This document shows positions 9,017 through 17,989 of a stretch of 64,000 nt of DNA, piece after piece. This DNA is from a virus. Taxonomy: Duplodnaviria; Caudoviricetes. Below the pieces are notes generated by a model. It was not told the DNA's origin and did no database searches. It was given only the letters and a program-made list of their open reading frames with translations. Position 1 is the stretch's first letter; each line of letters starts with the position of its first letter. The position numbers and the translations under genes were made by a program. The stretch covers positions 121,365 to 185,364 of the IMG/VR virus record IMGVR_UViG_2645727757_000001, one strand, 5' to 3'.

Positions 9017-9295
9017 AAGCCAATGATGGCAATATAATTTTATTAAAAAAACGCAGAAAAATTTTCGACTGCAAAAAATTTAAAAATTCCCATAGGGTGT
9101 GACCGCAGGTTGTGCGTACCGATGAGCCGCGGAGTGCAGGGCCCCGCCCGAAGCGCAGAGCGAAGCGGCGGCGAAGAGGTTAAGCTAAGACCAAGGGAAT
9201 ATCCCGAAGGGGATTTTTAATATTTTTTTGCACAAAGAAAAATTTAAACTGCGTTTTTTAAAAAATAAAATTATTATAATTGCCATTATTGGCTT
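9017..9295. other. Long imperfect inverted repeat enclosing a GC-rich core (candidate single-strand origin or priming signal)
   Basis: Arms 9017-9091 and 9210-9295 (aagccaatgatggcaat/attgccattattggctt, aaaaaacgcag/ctgcgtttttt); GC-rich core 9092-9209 with triloop mini-hairpins. Confidence 0.6.
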
Positions 9296-9313
9296 TTGTT
9301 TTTTAAAAAAAAG

Positions 9314-9834
9314 GTGTGGTATCTAGTGAACCTTTTTACTTATCACATGTGGTATCTAATCAACCTTTTTACTTATATTACCCTGTGTCATTGAGTACGC
9401 CAATTTTTAAAAAAATCTTTACAAATGGCTTCGTTGTCGCATTTGTGATAACTATTAAAGTAGTGGTATCTAATCAACCAGTAATGTAATCTAATACGCT
9501 TTTTAAGTTAGATTACAATGGATAGATAATGTAATCTAATGAGCTATTAGAGTTATTAGATAGTGGTATCTAATGCACCACTTTTTAAAATCAAACCTCT
9601 ACAAATGGCTTATTCACTAGCATTAGTAAGAATTTTTATATAAGTAATTACCTGTGTCATTAAGTGAGCTAATATAATGTAATTGAGTAAGCTAATGTAT
9701 TTTAATGATAATGTAATCGAGTAAGCTAAAATAAAATAAAAAGTACTTATAAATGGCTATATTGCTTAATTTACAAGTACTTTTTATATATAAATTAGTA
9801 GTGGTATCTAATCAACCACTAATGTAATCGAATC
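9314..9834 (+). repeat. Repeat array A: about 12 degenerate 15-17-bp direct repeats
   Basis: gtggtatctaatcaacc / tgtaatctaatacgc / tgtcattgagtacgc / tgtaatcgagtaagc variants, plus 3 copies of aaatggct. Confidence 0.75.
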
Positions 9835-11008
9835 ATCTTTTATATAATTTACTTGGATCATATTCTTCTTCGCCTAGTGCCATTTGCTCTAGTGCTTCAA
9901 AATCATAGTTCCTTTGTTCAAAATCATTAAATCTATTATAATTATTATCGCTAATTATATAATTATTATTCCAGTCAACTTCAATAGCTTTTAATAATGC
10001 TCCTAGATAGTTTCTATCATCTATCCTTTTGCCACTAAGATATTTTTTAACTATATTAACCTTTTCTTTTATATAATCAACTACTCCTATTCCATTATCT
10101 TCGTTTTCTTTTTTATTTTCTATTGCTGTTAGTGCAGTTGTAAGTATAGTTTTTGCTTCACCAGCTTTAACTTGAATACCTATTATATTTGAAATCATAC
10201 TTATTATGTATTCCTCTTCCTGCGTATGTACAACTGGATGTGTTTCATCGAAAATATCTAATTGTTTGCAATCTTTTTTTCGTATTATATATCTGAATTT
10301 AGTAACTTTTCTATTTTTCTTTTCAAGAGGAACATATTCTAAGTTTAAGTCAGTATGATTATTAATATCTTTTATTGATGAATCTATAACACTCCTTTTA
10401 AAATCAGCAAAAGTTTTATATTCTCCATCACGTAAATCCAATTTGAATCTATAATCATCTACATAAAAATCTCTATATCCATATTTAAGATATTGCTTAC
10501 ATAATTCATAAGTTCTAAAAGAATGTTTTCTCTTTATCTTGTTAGCAAAATCATCAAAAATCATCTTTGTATATTCTGATTTAAAAACTAGCAAATCAGC
10601 AATAAGGTCAGGATGGAATTGTAACGCAATACTTTTTTTATCGTTATTATATCTGCAAGTTATAACCCATCTTTTTCTTGATACATCTAAATTTTCATTA
10701 ACATAAATTATTTCTGAATCATACAGCTCTGTTGCTATTTTTTCAAGTTCTTTATAAACATTATTGCTTTTTATATTAAATTTATTTTTGTAAGTTGCAA
10801 CATCAATTTCTATAAGATCAAAAGTACTATGATTTATCATATCCTCAACTTTTTTAATGTTTAAATTCCTATCAAGTATTATTCTTTCTAGTTTTGTCAT
10901 AGCAAGATATAAAATTCTATTTTGAGCTGTAGTTAAGTTATAACATGATTCTATAAGCCTATTAGATTTATATATTGCATTGGAATAATTAAAGCTAAGT
11001 TTATCCAT
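9833..11008 (-). CDS. Plasmid replication initiator, Rep_3 (RepB-type) family
   Basis: N-terminal IYKSNRLIESCYNLTTAQNRILYLAM, YELCKQY, FADFKRSVIDSSIKDIN, C-terminal FNDFEQRNYDFEALE; adjacent iterons. Confidence 0.88.
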   Translation of the reverse strand: MDKLSFNYSNAIYKSNRLIESCYNLTTAQNRILYLAMTKLERIILDRNLNIKKVEDMINHSTFDLIEIDVATYKNKFNIKSNNVYKELEKIATELYDSEIIYVNENLDVSRKRWVITCRYNNDKKSIALQFHPDLIADLLVFKSEYTKMIFDDFANKIKRKHSFRTYELCKQYLKYGYRDFYVDDYRFKLDLRDGEYKTFADFKRSVIDSSIKDINNHTDLNLEYVPLEKKNRKVTKFRYIIRKKDCKQLDIFDETHPVVHTQEEEYIISMISNIIGIQVKAGEAKTILTTALTAIENKKENEDNGIGVVDYIKEKVNIVKKYLSGKRIDDRNYLGALLKAIEVDWNNNYIISDNNYNRFNDFEQRNYDFEALEQMALGEEEYDPSKLYKR

Positions 11009-11097
11009 GATTGCATATCACCTCTTATGTATTTTCAAAATGTTATCTCTTAGTTATAGAGAAATTATAGAACATATTTTAATAAAACGTAAGGGGA

Positions 11098-11412
11098 TTT
11101 TCCCAAAACATTCTTACAACTTTACCAAAATGCTCTTATAAAAAATACAATAAAACAATACATTTTCCCAAAATACTCGTACAACTCTCCCAAAATACTC
11201 TCTTAAATTTATTACAAATCAATATATTTTCCCAAAACACTCTTATAAAAAATTATAAAATTTTGTAAAAAATCAATACATTTTCCCAAAATGCTCGTAT
11301 AACTTTCCCAAAACGCTCTTACTAAAATTGCATTGAAATTTTTTACATTTCCCCAAAATGCTCGTACAACTTTCCCAAAACGCTCGTACAACTCTCCCAA
11401 AATGCTCTTACT
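11098..11412 (+). repeat. Iteron array B-left: 10 copies of tttcccaaaaYRctcKta
   Basis: Doublets and a triplet with 22-bp period directly upstream of the Rep_3 gene. Confidence 0.88.
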
Positions 11413-11524
11413 AATTAGCAAAAATTCTAATAAAAATCATTAAAAAAATACCTTATATAAATCCCTTAAAGCATTGATATAACTAGGTTTATAGGGTATT
11501 GTAAATATATGTAAAATAATCACT

Positions 11525-11815
11525 ATATATAATTATATATATACTCTATTTAAATAAAAATAAAAGTAAATATAAATATTATTATATATAGATATATACT
11601 ATAAATTTTAATAATAAATATATATAAATAGATAAATAATATATATATAAATAATATTTAAATATATTATATATATATTTAATAATAATATATATTAATA
11701 TATATAAATATATATTAATTATTATATTATTATATTATATTATATTATTAATTATTATATTATTATATTATATTATATTATTAATTATTATATTAAATTT
11801 AATTATATGTTATAT
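11525..11815. other. Near-pure AT block (candidate DNA-unwinding element of the origin)
   Basis: Almost no G/C; tattatat tandem units; lies between two oppositely oriented iteron arrays. Confidence 0.7.
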
Positions 11816-11821
11816 AGCAAA

Positions 11822-11990
11822 TAAGAGTGTTTTGGGAAAACGACACTTAAAGTACGAGCGTTTTGGGAAAATTAATTATAAGTACGACTGTTTTGGGAAA
11901 ACAAAAACTAAAAGAGAGTGTTTTGGGAAAATGAAACACAAATACGAGCGTTTTGGGAAAATAAAATCTTAAAGAGAGCGTTTTGGGAAT
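11822..11990 (-). repeat. Iteron array B-right: 6 inverted copies at about 30-bp period
   Basis: gagYgttttgggaaa repeated near 11825, 11855, 11885, 11915, 11945, 11975; reverse complement of array B-left. Confidence 0.88.
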
Positions 11991-12426
11991 GCATATATAA
12001 ACTATAAAAATAAAACTACATCGCAGAAAGCTTTAAAATGCGTTTATAGAGGTTTTAAGTTTAATTAGACTAATTGCTCTAAATATATATTTAAAAGCTA
12101 TTACAAGCTAATTTTGAGCCATATAGAACTATACACATAAGATAGCTTGTATATGTATTTAAATTATTATAGTGAAATATATATATTGCATAAAGAATTT
12201 GCATGATAGGTTTACAAAGCTCAAAATTGCGTTCTAAGGCTATTTAAATTTTAGACATAAAAAACTACACCAACATATCTACTCAACGCTTAGAAGTCAA
12301 AAATAAGCGTTCTATAGGTAATGCTGGTGTTTCTTTCAGTAATAATTCAATAAGGCATTATATCTTTCGATATTATGTTATGCAGATAAGATGTTTTTAT
12401 GTATGGAATTTTTGAGAAATGAATTA

Positions 12427-12455
12427 TAGACAATAAAAAAGCAAAATGCTATTAT
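12427..12455 (+). promoter_or_regulatory. sigmaA-type promoter for the 12711 gene (long leader)
   Basis: TAGACA-17 bp-TATTAT. Confidence 0.5.
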
Positions 12456-12487
12456 AGTAAGTAATACAACGTTATCACTATAAAGTT

Positions 12488-12614
12488 CCAAAAAAGTAGA
12501 AAACCACTTCTGCAAAAGTGGTTTCGAGATAAAAAATTAAATTTAGTTGTAATGTTGTCATAACTATTGACATATGTATAAAGTTTTTTAAAAAAATTAA
12601 AAATCGTTTCTTTA
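12488..12614 (-). ncRNA. Putative countertranscript (antisense RNA) in the leader of the second rep-like gene
   Basis: Minus-strand TTGACA(12649-44)-17-TAGAAT(12626-21); ends at gaaaaccact/agtggtttc hairpin (12499-12525) followed by a T tract on the minus strand. Confidence 0.55.
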
Positions 12615-12710
12615 TTCTTAATTCTATAATGACTTTTTTACGATGTCAATATTTTGTCGAAAAATAAAATAAATAATTGATGGAGGAAGAAGTTATGGGG
12701 GAATTAAGGG

Positions 12711-13163
12711 ATGGACGAAAAATTATTTAATGAGAAATTCAAAGAAGTAAAAGAATCCTTGGTTGTTGATACTAACGAGCATCCATTTTATATGCTTAAT
12801 GTAAAGTTCTTTAGAAATACAGAGGATTATTCTCTGTATGAAAGATTAGTTTACATTGATCTTGCTTGTTACGCTGGTCAAAAGAAAAATACAGCATATC
12901 CAAGTACATCAACAATAGCAAAGAATTTAGGTATTAGCAGAAGAACTGTTTTTAACACATTAAAATCATTAGAAGAAAAAGGAGCTATATTAACAATCAA
13001 TAGAATATGGGAAAATAAATCTAAAACATCAAATATGTATGTATTAGCATCTATTGATTTAAATACAGGAAAGATTATTAAGGAATCCTTAGAGCCTTTT
13101 ATAAAATTCAAAAAAGAAGTAATCAAAAGAGGTGCTGTTAAAGTATCTAAAGATAAAAAATAA
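12711..13163 (+). CDS. Winged-HTH (HTH_36-like) protein, probable replication initiator
   Basis: SLYERLVYIDLACYA...AYPSTSTIAKNLGISRRTVFNTLKSLEEKGAI...SNMY; followed by DnaA boxes and 24-bp repeats. Confidence 0.7.
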   Translation: MDEKLFNEKFKEVKESLVVDTNEHPFYMLNVKFFRNTEDYSLYERLVYIDLACYAGQKKNTAYPSTSTIAKNLGISRRTVFNTLKSLEEKGAILTINRIWENKSKTSNMYVLASIDLNTGKIIKESLEPFIKFKKEVIKRGAVKVSKDKK

Positions 13164-13169
13164 ATTTAT

Positions 13170-13202
13170 GATAAGTCGATTTTATATCGGCTTATTTTTT
13201 TT
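13170..13202 (+). terminator. Intrinsic terminator
   Basis: ataagtcgat-ttt-atatcggcttat plus T run. Confidence 0.65.
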
Positions 13203-13209
13203 GGAAAAG

Positions 13210-13665
13210 TTATCCACAGGTAGTATATATAGAATAGAATAGAAGTTTAGTTCAGTTAATCTATTCTCTATTTATTATTATTCTCTAATTATTATATATT
13301 CTATATATTATTATAATTCTCTATTTATTATTATTCTAGATGTGCATTTGGTGCATATACCCCATATGCATTCTGTGCATATACCCCATGTGCATCTGGT
13401 GCATATACCCCATGTGCATCCTGTGCATATACCCTATGTGCACCTGGTGCATATGGTACGATACCAATTAAGCTAATGTAGTTGTGGATAACTATTCTTA
13501 AATTCCATACTATACAGCTTGTACAAATACTTTCATATATGTTAACAACCTGTTAGTAATATGTGGAAATAATGTGGAAAATATGTGGAAAACTTGTACA
13601 AGCCATCACATCAAAATTTCTTTTAATATCTTAAAATAAATAATCCAATGGATAATTGTGGATTA
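13210..13665. promoter_or_regulatory. DnaA-box cluster
   Basis: Consensus TTATCCACA at 13210-18, TGTGGATAA at 13483-91, near-matches TGTGGAAA x3 at 13562-13590 and TGTGGATTA near 13657. Confidence 0.65.
13341..13454 (+). repeat. Repeat array C: 4.75 tandem 24-bp repeats (iteron-like)
   Basis: tgtgcatctggtgcatatacccca units at 13341, 13365, 13389, 13413, 13437. Confidence 0.9.
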
Positions 13666-13684
13666 TTCCTAAAACATTCTACTA

Positions 13685-13727
13685 AAATGTTACAAACATA
13701 AAGATTTATGAAGTATATAAAAAGGTA
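13685..13727 (+). promoter_or_regulatory. Conserved 43-bp upstream motif, copy 2, at the head of the virion operon
   Basis: aaatgttacaaacataaagatttatgaagtatataaaaaggta; 37/43 identical to 3714..3756. Confidence 0.6.
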
Positions 13728-13748
13728 AGAGGTTCTGTAAAAAATGAG

Positions 13749-14018
13749 GTGTGTTTTATGAATCATTTACTGATTGCTGAAAGGGTAAAAGCAGAAGAGG
13801 AAATAAAGAAACAAAAACATTTAAATTCATTAATGAAAAATAAAATAAAAAGCGAAAAAGAATCTATATATGATATTGTCGGAGAACAAAGAGCTATACT
13901 TAATCCAGAAGTTATAGGGGATAGTACTTATACTTACGACAAGTTAAAAAGCAAAATCATATATAACAAAGGCGGAGATAAATACCTAACAAGAGGTAAG
14001 AATCTAATAGTACGGTAG
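13749..14018 (+). CDS. Hypothetical protein
   Basis: First ORF of rightward structural operon. Confidence 0.6.
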   Translation: MCFMNHLLIAERVKAEEEIKKQKHLNSLMKNKIKSEKESIYDIVGEQRAILNPEVIGDSTYTYDKLKSKIIYNKGGDKYLTRGKNLIVR

Positions 14019-14021
14019 GGG

Positions 14022-14660
14022 GTGCATATTTTGAGTGATTATGATGTTTGGGATGTAGATAAGGATATAGCAGAAAAAGCATCAAGAAAAATAAAATTAA
14101 AACATGGAATGTTTGCATCTGTACCATTAGTATGCAAAGGTAAAAATTGTCCTTATTTAGAAGTTTGTTCTATAGATGAAGAAAATTTAAAACCTGGTGG
14201 CAGATGTCCTATTGAAGCAGGTGCAATTGTTGAAAGATTTAAAACTTGGTGTGAACATTTTGCCATTGATATTAATGGAGAAACTATAAAGAGAGAAGAT
14301 ATAGCAGACGTTAGTTTAGTTAAAGACTTAGTAGAAAATGAAATACAGATAATAAGAGCCGAAAATAAAATAGCACTTAATGGTGATTTTTTAGCTTTAA
14401 CTATAGTAGATGTAGACAAATATGGTGACGAACACAAAGAACTTGCAGCTACACCAGAAGTTAAATACAAAATGGAGTTGCAAGATAAAAGATATAAAAT
14501 ATTACAGCTTTTAAATGCAACACGTAAAGATAAAATAAAAGAGGCAAATGGAGCAACTAATGTAAGTGCAAAGGGATTAGCGGTTATTGAAAAAATAGAT
14601 AAAAAACTTGAAGAAATGAATAAACTTAAAGGTTCTTTGAATAAACAAGGAGGTGAATAA
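14022..14660 (+). CDS. Probable terminase small subunit
   Basis: KHGMFA motif, Cys cluster, C-terminal LQLLNATRKDK; upstream of the large terminase. Confidence 0.5.
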   Translation: MHILSDYDVWDVDKDIAEKASRKIKLKHGMFASVPLVCKGKNCPYLEVCSIDEENLKPGGRCPIEAGAIVERFKTWCEHFAIDINGETIKREDIADVSLVKDLVENEIQIIRAENKIALNGDFLALTIVDVDKYGDEHKELAATPEVKYKMELQDKRYKILQLLNATRKDKIKEANGATNVSAKGLAVIEKIDKKLEEMNKLKGSLNKQGGE

Positions 14661-14663
14661 ATT

Positions 14664-15206
14664 TTGGCTAACACATCTGTAAAACAAATGGGTGTATTTA
14701 AAAAGGCATTAAATTTACTAAGTCCTGCAAATGCAAAAGAAGCTGGGTTTAGAGCTGTACAGGAAAATATAAATGCAAGAAAAGCTATGCTTAATAATAT
14801 TGATTCAGCTTTTAAAACTGTCATTACAGACAGTTCAAAAGAAGCTAGTGAGAAAGCAATGAAAACTCTTAAAAATCATGGCTTTAGACCTAAAGACGGA
14901 GAAGATATTGTTGAAGCAGCTACAGCATTTCAAGCTAAAGCACAATCTTTTAAACCAGATGAAAAATTATTTAAATCTAATAGAAAAGAGTTTCTTAAAA
15001 AAGATCATTTGTCTAAACCAGATTTTGTTGCTGGAGCAGCCAAAGATTATTTAACCAATGGAAGTAAAGCAGAGTTAGCAGCTAGATATGGAACAATGGC
15101 TGGTGGATATATAGGTGCTTCTCTTGGAACTAGATATGCGACAGGTGGAACTGCAACTAGAAATAGTAAAGGTGAAAGAGATATTGCAGGTGTTCCATTT
15201 ATCTAA
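14664..15206 (+). CDS. Ala/Gly-rich hypothetical (possible virion) protein
   Basis: 180 aa, Gly-rich C-terminus. Confidence 0.6.
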   Translation: MANTSVKQMGVFKKALNLLSPANAKEAGFRAVQENINARKAMLNNIDSAFKTVITDSSKEASEKAMKTLKNHGFRPKDGEDIVEAATAFQAKAQSFKPDEKLFKSNRKEFLKKDHLSKPDFVAGAAKDYLTNGSKAELAARYGTMAGGYIGASLGTRYATGGTATRNSKGERDIAGVPFI

Positions 15207-15213
15207 ATAGAGG

Positions 15214-15687
15214 GTGATATATATGAGTTTTATGGATACATTGAAAATTATAGCAAACGCTGGAATAAACAGAGGCGAAGAGGTTTTAAAAGCAAGTAAA
15301 ATGAAGTTTAAAAATAAACCAGATAAAATTTTAGGTGGATTATTTGAGAAGGTTGATGGAAAAAATGCAACTGAAATGTATGAAAAAATATCTGGTTACA
15401 AATTAAACAAAACTGCTGGAATTGTGGGAGCTTTAGGTGTTACTGGTTTAGCAGCTACATCTATAGGATTTAAGGCTTATCATAAGGGAAGTCTTGGGTA
15501 CATAAGTGGTGGTGAGTTACCTAATACAGTAAATCAAAGTAGAACTCCTAAACTTATGCAAGACCTAGAAAAAATAGGAACTCCAGAGGGAGCGGGAATT
15601 CAAGGAGAATTAGAAGAATCTATGAATCTGTCCCAAGAAGGAGTTGAACCAGAAATAGTCTTCGCTCTACATCAATTAAGGAATTAG
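15214..15687 (+). CDS. Gly-rich hypothetical protein with hydrophobic segment
   Basis: AGIVGALGVTGLAATSIG. Confidence 0.6.
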   Translation: MIYMSFMDTLKIIANAGINRGEEVLKASKMKFKNKPDKILGGLFEKVDGKNATEMYEKISGYKLNKTAGIVGALGVTGLAATSIGFKAYHKGSLGYISGGELPNTVNQSRTPKLMQDLEKIGTPEGAGIQGELEESMNLSQEGVEPEIVFALHQLRN

Positions 15688-16122
15688 GTGAATTGTATGG
15701 GAAAGGGAACAGGATTATATAAAAAGACAATAGGCAAATGGGGAGCATTAAATACAGGATTTATGGTCTTAGGTGGTATAGGATCATACTCATATTCAAG
15801 ACAGGAGGGACATGGGGTAGCTTATAGCCTTGGAAAAACAGTAGTTGATGAAATATTTTATTCAACTCCAGTTGGTAAGGCAGCTTTTGCAGCTCAATTA
15901 GTTGGTATGGGAGCTGGTTTTGTTATGGATAACGGACGTAAAAATGCAAGAGTAAGCCATAATGCCTATAGAAGTAATTTTGGAGGAAATTATTCTCAAA
16001 GCAAAAATGGCTATACTATGAGGCAAAGAGGTTTAAATGCTATAAACAACGCTGGTGTAAATGCACAACAAGCTCTAGGTTCAGAAGCTAGAACATTCCA
16101 TAGATCACACTATTATGATTAA
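15688..16122 (+). CDS. Gly-rich hypothetical protein with hydrophobic segments
   Basis: 144 aa, overlaps terminase start. Confidence 0.6.
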   Translation: MNCMGKGTGLYKKTIGKWGALNTGFMVLGGIGSYSYSRQEGHGVAYSLGKTVVDEIFYSTPVGKAAFAAQLVGMGAGFVMDNGRKNARVSHNAYRSNFGGNYSQSKNGYTMRQRGLNAINNAGVNAQQALGSEARTFHRSHYYD

Positions 16123-17989
16123 TTCAATATTAGATTTCAATAATTTACAGATAGATAGCTTAGTTGAGGAATTATCTAAGCTTGATAAATCTATTGATAA
16201 AGAGTTAAAGGAGCTTTTAGATGTACTAGATGTTACAAAGCAAGAAGCTTTAGAGTATCTAGTAAGCAATGATCCTAAACTATGGGCTAAAGTTTATTTA
16301 GATTGGGAAGCTAGAGATTACCAGATAACCATATTAGACCAAGGTAAAAAATCTAAGAAATTAGTTCTAAGATTAGGAAGAAGACTTGGGAAGACAGAAT
16401 GTATGTGTATCTTGATTTTATGGTACGCATATAGACAGATAAATGCTTGTGAAGAAGGAAGATATGACATACTAATAATCACTCCATATGAAGCACAAGT
16501 TGACCTTATTTTCGATAGATTGAAGCAATTAATAGATGCTTCACCTCTATTAAAAGGAATGGTTACAAGAGATGTTTACCATAGAATTGAGCTATCAAAT
16601 GGAACTAAGATTAAAGGGATGACAGCAGGTTCAAAAAGTGGTTCTGGCGCAGCAAGTAGTAGAGGACAACACGCTGATTTATTGGTATTAGATGAAGTAG
16701 ATTACATGGGTTCAAGTCAAATCACAAATATTCTAAACATTAGAAATGAAAACCCAGAAAAGATACGTCTTTTAACAGCTTCAACTCCTTGTGGAAAACA
16801 TGAAGAATATTGGGAATGGTGTATGAAAGCATCCCGAACCTATTACCCATCAAAAGAAGATATTGAAAATTATCAATTTAATGGTTATCAATGTGATGAA
16901 AGAAAAGATGGTAACGGTTGGGTACAAGTATATTCTCCATCCACAGTTAACAAGGAACTTCTAAAAATCAATGAAGATACTAATAGAACTTATATTGAGG
17001 ATATTAGAAGTGAGTTATCTGAAATGAGATTCCTTCAAGAAGTTATGGCAGAGTTTGGAGAAGAAGAGGCTGGTGTTTATCGTAAAGAATTTATTGAAGC
17101 AGCAGTTGAAGAAGGAAAAAGAATAAACCATAGATACATCTTAGATAAAGGCGATGATTATGTAAGAGAATATTGCAAGAGTAAGGTACATTCCAAATTC
17201 TTACTCGGTGTTGACTGGGATAAATATGCAGCGGGTACAAATATTGCCTGTATTGAATATGATCCTTATTTTAAAAATAAATTTGGAATGAGAGAGCCTA
17301 AATTTATTGTTTTATTTAGAGTAGAAATACCTAAATCAAGGTTTACTTATACAGAAGCAGTTAATAAAATAATTGAATTAAATGATTTGGTAAACTTTGA
17401 TCATATTGCCATAGATAGGGGGTACGGAGAAGTACAGCTAGAAATGTTAAAAAAGTACGGAATAGCTAACCCTACATCTGGTTTGGATGAAAAGGTTATT
17501 GGATACCAATTCGGACAAAAGATTTCTGTAAGGGACCCACATACAGGAAAGAAGGATGAAAAACCGCTTAAACCATTTATGGTAAATAATTCAGTTATAA
17601 CATTTGAAAAACAAAAAATAGTATTTGATCCTACAGATGAAGAGATTGTAAGACAGTTTGGAGCGTATATTGTAGAAAACGTAAGCTCTACTGGTATTCC
17701 TATATTCTCTAGCAAAGATGAACATATCATTGATGCTGTTAATCTAGCACTATTAGTATTTGAACAAAACTATAGTGATTTAATGAGAATAATAAGAACT
17801 TCAAAAGTATCTATATTAGGACCAATCTTAGGTAGAGAAGATTCAGTTATTAAGGAAAGAGATTTTACAAATTATGAAAATAGCTATGAGTATCTTGAAA
17901 GGGACTATGCTAAAGCAAAAGTCATAAGAGGAAGTAAAAGTTTTAATGGAGGATATAGAAAGTTTAATTTTGACAGGAGGTCTTTTTAA
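16115..17989 (+). CDS. terL: Terminase large subunit
   Basis: Walker A LGRRLGKT, Walker B LLVLDEVDY, motif III ASTP, nuclease LGVDWD and HIIDA. Confidence 0.92.
   Translation: MINSILDFNNLQIDSLVEELSKLDKSIDKELKELLDVLDVTKQEALEYLVSNDPKLWAKVYLDWEARDYQITILDQGKKSKKLVLRLGRRLGKTECMCILILWYAYRQINACEEGRYDILIITPYEAQVDLIFDRLKQLIDASPLLKGMVTRDVYHRIELSNGTKIKGMTAGSKSGSGAASSRGQHADLLVLDEVDYMGSSQITNILNIRNENPEKIRLLTASTPCGKHEEYWEWCMKASRTYYPSKEDIENYQFNGYQCDERKDGNGWVQVYSPSTVNKELLKINEDTNRTYIEDIRSELSEMRFLQEVMAEFGEEEAGVYRKEFIEAAVEEGKRINHRYILDKGDDYVREYCKSKVHSKFLLGVDWDKYAAGTNIACIEYDPYFKNKFGMREPKFIVLFRVEIPKSRFTYTEAVNKIIELNDLVNFDHIAIDRGYGEVQLEMLKKYGIANPTSGLDEKVIGYQFGQKISVRDPHTGKKDEKPLKPFMVNNSVITFEKQKIVFDPTDEEIVRQFGAYIVENVSSTGIPIFSSKDEHIIDAVNLALLVFEQNYSDLMRIIRTSKVSILGPILGREDSVIKERDFTNYENSYEYLERDYAKAKVIRGSKSFNGGYRKFNFDRRSF

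Noticed and set aside
9017-9295. Hairpin-telomere (protelomerase) site
   Set aside because: Arms are imperfect and separated by a 120-bp non-palindromic core; no protelomerase is seen
11212-11421. 69-aa minus-strand ORF
   Set aside because: Translation of the iteron array (repeated VRAFW/SILG), no RBS
11098-11990. Regularly spaced repeats as a CRISPR array
   Set aside because: Repeats are about 18 bp, degenerate, with 4-12-bp gaps in the tandem runs and both orientations, next to a Rep_3 gene; these are iterons
13341-13454. 24-bp repeats as a mini-CRISPR
   Set aside because: Head-to-tail with no spacers
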